In this document: positions 59,817-64,000 of the stretch, piece after piece
Position numbering within the stretch: the stretch's first letter is position 1
Layout: each line of letters starts with the position of its first letter
Assembly: GCA_963822445.1 (NCBI GenBank)
Contig: CAWGHO010000002.1
Coordinates: forward strand, 2,368,001-2,432,000
Reading direction: 5' to 3'
DNA from: an uncultured Acidobacteriota bacterium
Lineage (GTDB): Bacteria; Acidobacteriota; Thermoanaerobaculia; Gp7-AA8
Length of the DNA stretch: 64,000 bases
Notes under the pieces: model-generated
Databases searched by the model: none
Seen by the model: the letters and a program-made list of their open reading frames with translations, nothing else
What the model was told of the DNA's origin: nothing
Program-made: the position numbers and the translations under genes

Positions 59817-62012
59817 GAGACGGTCTGGCGCTCGCGAGACTCTTCATCCTCGGCCGAGTAGTAGTCGTAGTAGCTCTTCTTGTACGTGTAGCCGTACTGG
59901 TGCAGGTCGAGGTTGTTGAGGATCGCGCCGAGCACGGGGATGTTGGCCTGGCGCAAACGCTCGGCCGAGCGCTGGACGAGATCGCGCGGCGTATGTCCGC
60001 CGTGAACGCAAAGCACCACGCCGTCGGCGTTCGCGGCCAGAACCACCGCGTCGGTGACCGCGAGAACGGGCGGCGAATCGAAGATCACGTACGCGAACTT
60101 GCCGCGGATCTCTTCGATGACGTGCTTCATGCGATCGGATGCGAGCAGCTCCGAGGGGTTCGGCGGCGTGGGACCGGAAAGGATGACCGAGAGATTCGGC
60201 ACCTCGGTGGGCTGGATGATGTCGTCCAGGGGGATGTTCGCGGCGAGGTAGTTCACCAGGCCGAGGTTCATCTTTCCCTTGAAGACCTTCTGCAGACGCG
60301 GACGGCGAAGGTCGGCGTCGACCAGCAGCGACCGGCTTGCCCATCTGCGCGAGCACGGTCGCGAGATTCGCGGACGTCGTGGTCTTGCCCTCGCGTGCGA
60401 ACGACGAGGTGATGACGATGACTTTCGGCGAGCTGGCCGAAGCGAGCAGCAGCGACGTGCGGAACGCGCGGTAGGCCTCGGAGATCGGCGAGCGTGCGTC
60501 GGTGTGCGGGATGAGCTCGATGCCTGTTGCCTTGTCGTTCGGCGTTTCGACCGCACGCAACGGACCGCTGCTGCGGCCGTAGCCGTAGCCGAATCCGTAC
60601 TGCTTTGTGATCGAGCCGGCCGCGGGAATCACGCCGAGGGACGCGAAGCGCGTCATCCGCTCGAGATCTTCCGGCGACTTGATGGAGCGGTCCATGTATT
60701 CGAGGAAGAAGATCGCCGCGAGACCCATGATCAGGCCGAGCGGCAAGGCGCTCTGCAGGTTCTTCTTCATCGAGAGATTGAAGCGGCCACCCGGATATAG
60801 CGCCGATTCGATGACGTGGATGTTGGAGGAAGCCGAGCCGCGCAGGCGCGCCGTGACTTCCGCTTCGTTGAGCTGTTTCTGCAGCGTGGTGAGCAGGCCC
60901 TGCTTGGTCTCGACGGCGATGCGAAGGTCGACGAAGCGGGACGCGTCGACGTTCATCTTCTGCGCGTCCCCCTTCTGACTCTCGTACGCCGAGCGAACCG
61001 AGGAGACGCTTGCCGATGCCGCTTCCATCGCTGCGCGCGCTTCCTCGATGTCCTTTTCCGCGGCGGTGCGAATGGCCTGCTCGCGCTGTCCACGGGTCTT
61101 TTCGATCTGCTCGGCCAGGCCGCGCATCACCGGATGGCCTTCGAGGAACTGCGCCCGCTGTTCGCTCTGCTTGCGCTGCAGCGCGTTGAGCTCGTCTGTC
61201 AGCCGCTGCACGTGCGGATCATCCTGGGCCAATGCGGCGGGTGACGTGCGGCGTACCGATTGATATGTAGCCTGTTTCTGGAAGAGATCGTTCTGCGCGG
61301 TGGTGACGTCGGCAGCGAGCTGTTGCAGCTTCTGCATGGTGATGTCGTCGCTTCCTTCGGACGAGGAGACGATCCCCTTGCTCTGCCCGTAGCGCTGAAG
61401 CTCCTGGCGGCTCTGCTCCAGCTCCTGCTGCACCGACGCGATCTGCTCGCTCAGAAATTCGTTCGCCTGCTGAACGGACCGCAGCTTCTTGGCGACGTTC
61501 ATCCTGATGAATGATTCGCCCCAGGCATTGGCGATTTTCTGGGTCAGGCGCGGCGACGTGCCGACGTATGAGATGTCGACCAGCGACGTGTTGCGCACGG
61601 GCGTGACGGTGATGCCACCGACCAGCGCGCCCGCCATTCCTTCCGTGATCTGCGCCACTTCCTGCGGCGTTTTGCCGGCGATCCCCGGCGGATAAAACTC
61701 CGGGTCGCTGAGGAGCTTGTGGTCGTCGATGACGCGCATCGCCAGGCCGCGGCTCTTGAGCAGGACGTACTGGGTCTGGAGGAACTCCTGATCCGAGGCG
61801 GCGATGCCGAAGAGATCCTCGACCGTGACCATCTGGTTCTCACGCTCGATCTCGATCTGGATCTTCGCCTGGTACAGAGGCTTCGACAGGTAGCCGGCGA
61901 TGAACGCCCCGGTCATCACCACGACCATGATCGCGGCCGCGACTTTCCATCGCTTCCGGATGACGTTCCAGTAGTGACTTAGATGAACTTCCTGCTGGGT
62001 GTTCAGGTCCAT
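59813..62012 (-). CDS. wzc: Wzc-like polysaccharide co-polymerase / BY-kinase (frameshift near 60332)
   Basis: Two TMs with coiled coil; EGKTT; LLVDADLRRP; FDSPP; Tyr-rich tail YGYTYKKSYYDYY. Confidence 0.9.
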
Positions 62013-62029
62013 GTCCGCCGTTTCAGGCC

Positions 62030-62866
62030 CTAGAAGAAAGCTTCTTGGACCACCACGGTGTCATTGTCCTGCAGGATCAGGTCCTTTTCACGTCCGGAGA
62101 TGATGCGCTTGTAGTCGACCTTGATGGTCTGCTCCTTCCCGTTGACCATCCGCTTGATCGTCACCAGGCGGTGGGCGCGGTCGGTGGGACCGCCCGCGGA
62201 GGCGATCGCCTGAAGCAGGGTGGGGGTCTGGGAGCGGCGGAAAAGGGCTTTGCCCGGATCGCTGACCTCGCCCATCACGTAGATCGTGATGGCCGTATCC
62301 AGCGGGATATTGACGAGGTCGTTCGGCGACAGGGGGATGTTCAGATCTGGGTTGCCCGCGACCATGAGCTCTTCAATGTCGATCGCCAGCTGCTCGCTGA
62401 GGCCGTTCTGGCCGGTGCGGAGGACGTACAGCTCGCGGCCGTAACCGGTGGTTAGACCGCCGGCCTGGGTGATGGCCTGGATGAGGGTGGTGTTTCCGCT
62501 GGCGCTGATGCGGCCGGGACGGAGAACCGCACCGACGACGGAGATCGGCTTGCTGCTGAATTCGACGACCTGAACGGCAATCGTGGCCTTGGCCAGGATG
62601 GTGGACTCGAGCAGAGTCTTGAGCTTGGCTTCGACCTGCGAGACGGTCAGCCCGGCCACGTAGACCTTGCCGACGTTGGTGAGGACGATGTTGCCGTCGT
62701 CGCCGACGGTGGTCCGGCCGCTCATCGTGGCGTCTTCGAGAACCCTGATCTCGACGACGTCGCGCGGGCCGATGGGTGAGTCAGTCGACAAAATCGGCAG
62801 ATCCTGCGCGGTCGCAGTACCCGCCAGCGCAAGAACCATCGTGATCAGAATGCCGAGTCGTTTCAT
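62030..62866 (-). CDS. Polysaccharide export protein (Wza/SLBB family)
   Basis: IGPRDVVEI, AGLT, AITQAGG, VMGEV..PG, LQDNDTVVV. Confidence 0.88.
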   Translation of the reverse strand: MKRLGILITMVLALAGTATAQDLPILSTDSPIGPRDVVEIRVLEDATMSGRTTVGDDGNIVLTNVGKVYVAGLTVSQVEAKLKTLLESTILAKATIAVQVVEFSSKPISVVGAVLRPGRISASGNTTLIQAITQAGGLTTGYGRELYVLRTGQNGLSEQLAIDIEELMVAGNPDLNIPLSPNDLVNIPLDTAITIYVMGEVSDPGKALFRRSQTPTLLQAIASAGGPTDRAHRLVTIKRMVNGKEQTIKVDYKRIISGREKDLILQDNDTVVVQEAFF

Positions 62867-63046
62867 CCGTCTCCCTGAACCAGTTGCTTCCACAAAACCA
62901 TCCGGAGGCTCCGCGGGCGGAACGGGCTCCCTCCTTGAACTATTGGACCGAGCGCAAAGCTACCGTCCCGCGTGTCACCTGCGCGTTCCGGTCGGCGTCA
63001 TTCGTTCGTGAAAGCCTCTCGGGAAGTCGCAGTTATTTTTACAATT

Positions 63047-64000
63047 CTACGGGGTGAAGGACAAGTGGATGACATACCGTATTCCAGAATCGGTGTCACC
63101 GCCGATGTTGGAATCGCGCTCGTACCAGCCGACATCCGAGCCGATGTTCACTCTCCGGATCGTGTAGATGAATCCGACGCTGGTGAACGAGATCGTGTCC
63201 CGCCGGGTGATGCCGCCGACCGGCACGTCGTAGTCGTCGCGTTCGTAAGTCGAGCCCGCGCGAAGCGTCAACCGCCTCGAGGCGACATGGCTGACGCCAG
63301 CCCGTAAAGTATTGGAAATGAAGTAGTTGTTGAACAAGAAAATCGAAAAGCCGAGGTCGCGGTCGAAGCCTGCGGAGAAGGTGCGGCGTCCGTTGGATCG
63401 CTGGGCGTTGAGCGAGCCGACGAGCCCGCTGAAATCGTGTTCACGGGCATCGTCGAAGTCGAGTTTGGCCGGCCCCGCCTCGACCCGCAACGTGGTCCGG
63501 CCGGCGTTGTAGAGCGCGCCGCCCCCGACGTAGGTCCGGGTCGCGTCTTTGTAGGTGGCGTGGTCGAAGCCGTAGTCGCTGCGTTCCGCCGCGGCGAACA
63601 GCGAAGTCAGCGGGAAGGTCTTGTGGAGAATCGAAACGCGCCCGTTGCGCTCGGACCGCTCCAGAAGGTCGACGGGGATCTCGTCGGGCTGCAGCCGGCC
63701 TTCGGGGAACTTCGTGTCGCTCGCCCGCACGCTGAACAGCGCGCTGGTCTTGCTCGAGTACTTGAGCTCCCCCATGACCCCGACCTCGTCATTGCGGACA
63801 GTGGCCAGGCGGTTGATGTCGGCAACGTGCGCGCGAATGTGATCCTCGCGAAGGCCGTAGAAGTCGAGATACAGGTGATTGAACAGCAGGTGCACGTCGC
63901 CGCGGAGCCTGTAGTCGAACTGCCCGTCGCGGTCTCCGCCGCTGAAGAAGCTGTATCCGGGTGTGGCCTCGAGCGTGAAGATCGTCTTCTTGTGCGGAAC
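63047..64000 (-). CDS. Outer-membrane beta-barrel protein of the polysaccharide export locus (5'-truncated by window end)
   Basis: Alternating amphipathic beta-strands, C-terminal YVIHLSF, YERDSN motif; upstream of the Wza-like gene. Confidence 0.7.
   Translation of the reverse strand, partial: VPHKKTIFTLEATPGYSFFSGGDRDGQFDYRLRGDVHLLFNHLYLDFYGLREDHIRAHVADINRLATVRNDEVGVMGELKYSSKTSALFSVRASDTKFPEGRLQPDEIPVDLLERSERNGRVSILHKTFPLTSLFAAAERSDYGFDHATYKDATRTYVGGGALYNAGRTTLRVEAGPAKLDFDDAREHDFSGLVGSLNAQRSNGRRTFSAGFDRDLGFSIFLFNNYFISNTLRAGVSHVASRRLTLRAGSTYERDDYDVPVGGITRRDTISFTSVGFIYTIRRVNIGSDVGWYERDSNIGGDTDSGIRYVIHLSFTP

Noticed and set aside
62955-62968. ops/JUMPstart-like GGACGGTAGCTTTG on the minus strand upstream of the Wza-like gene
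   Set aside because: Imperfect match to GGCGGTAGnnTG, likely by chance in GC-rich DNA, and no NusG paralog in the window.

Overview
This is a GC-rich bacterial chromosomal segment, most consistent with an Acidobacteriota (Thermoanaerobaculia-like) genome; that assignment is inferred from gene order and lineage-typical proteins. Several scattered single-base indels break conserved genes and look like read or assembly errors. Contents in order: (1) a complex I operon, nuo[B?]CDHIJKLMN, with no nuoEFG, whose first partial gene ends in an extra RnfB-like 4-Cys Fe-S domain, running directly into atpZ/atpI-atpB-atpE. (2) An XRE-HTH, TPR and secreted-protein operon. (3) A ~22 kb cell-surface locus in which wzm and wzt of an ABC glycan exporter are split by three secreted proteins (FG-GAP protein, S-layer-like candidate, giant PKD protein), followed by glycosyl-, methyl-, acetyl- and acyl-transferases and deacetylases. 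(4) GGDEF-tpiA-secG-tRNA-Leu(GAG), then a Calx-beta surface-protein gene bracketed by a ~59 bp direct repeat that starts in the tRNA 3' end. (5) Biotin carboxylase and carrier genes, a pseudokinase-pseudocyclase-TM-TPR protein, queD, sthA, apt, acyP, pcm, surE, pdxA, an Hfq-like gene, etfBA and a Wza/Wzc/CpsB polysaccharide module. Intergenic spaces carry several families of palindromic repeats. No CRISPR array, integrase or transposase was found.
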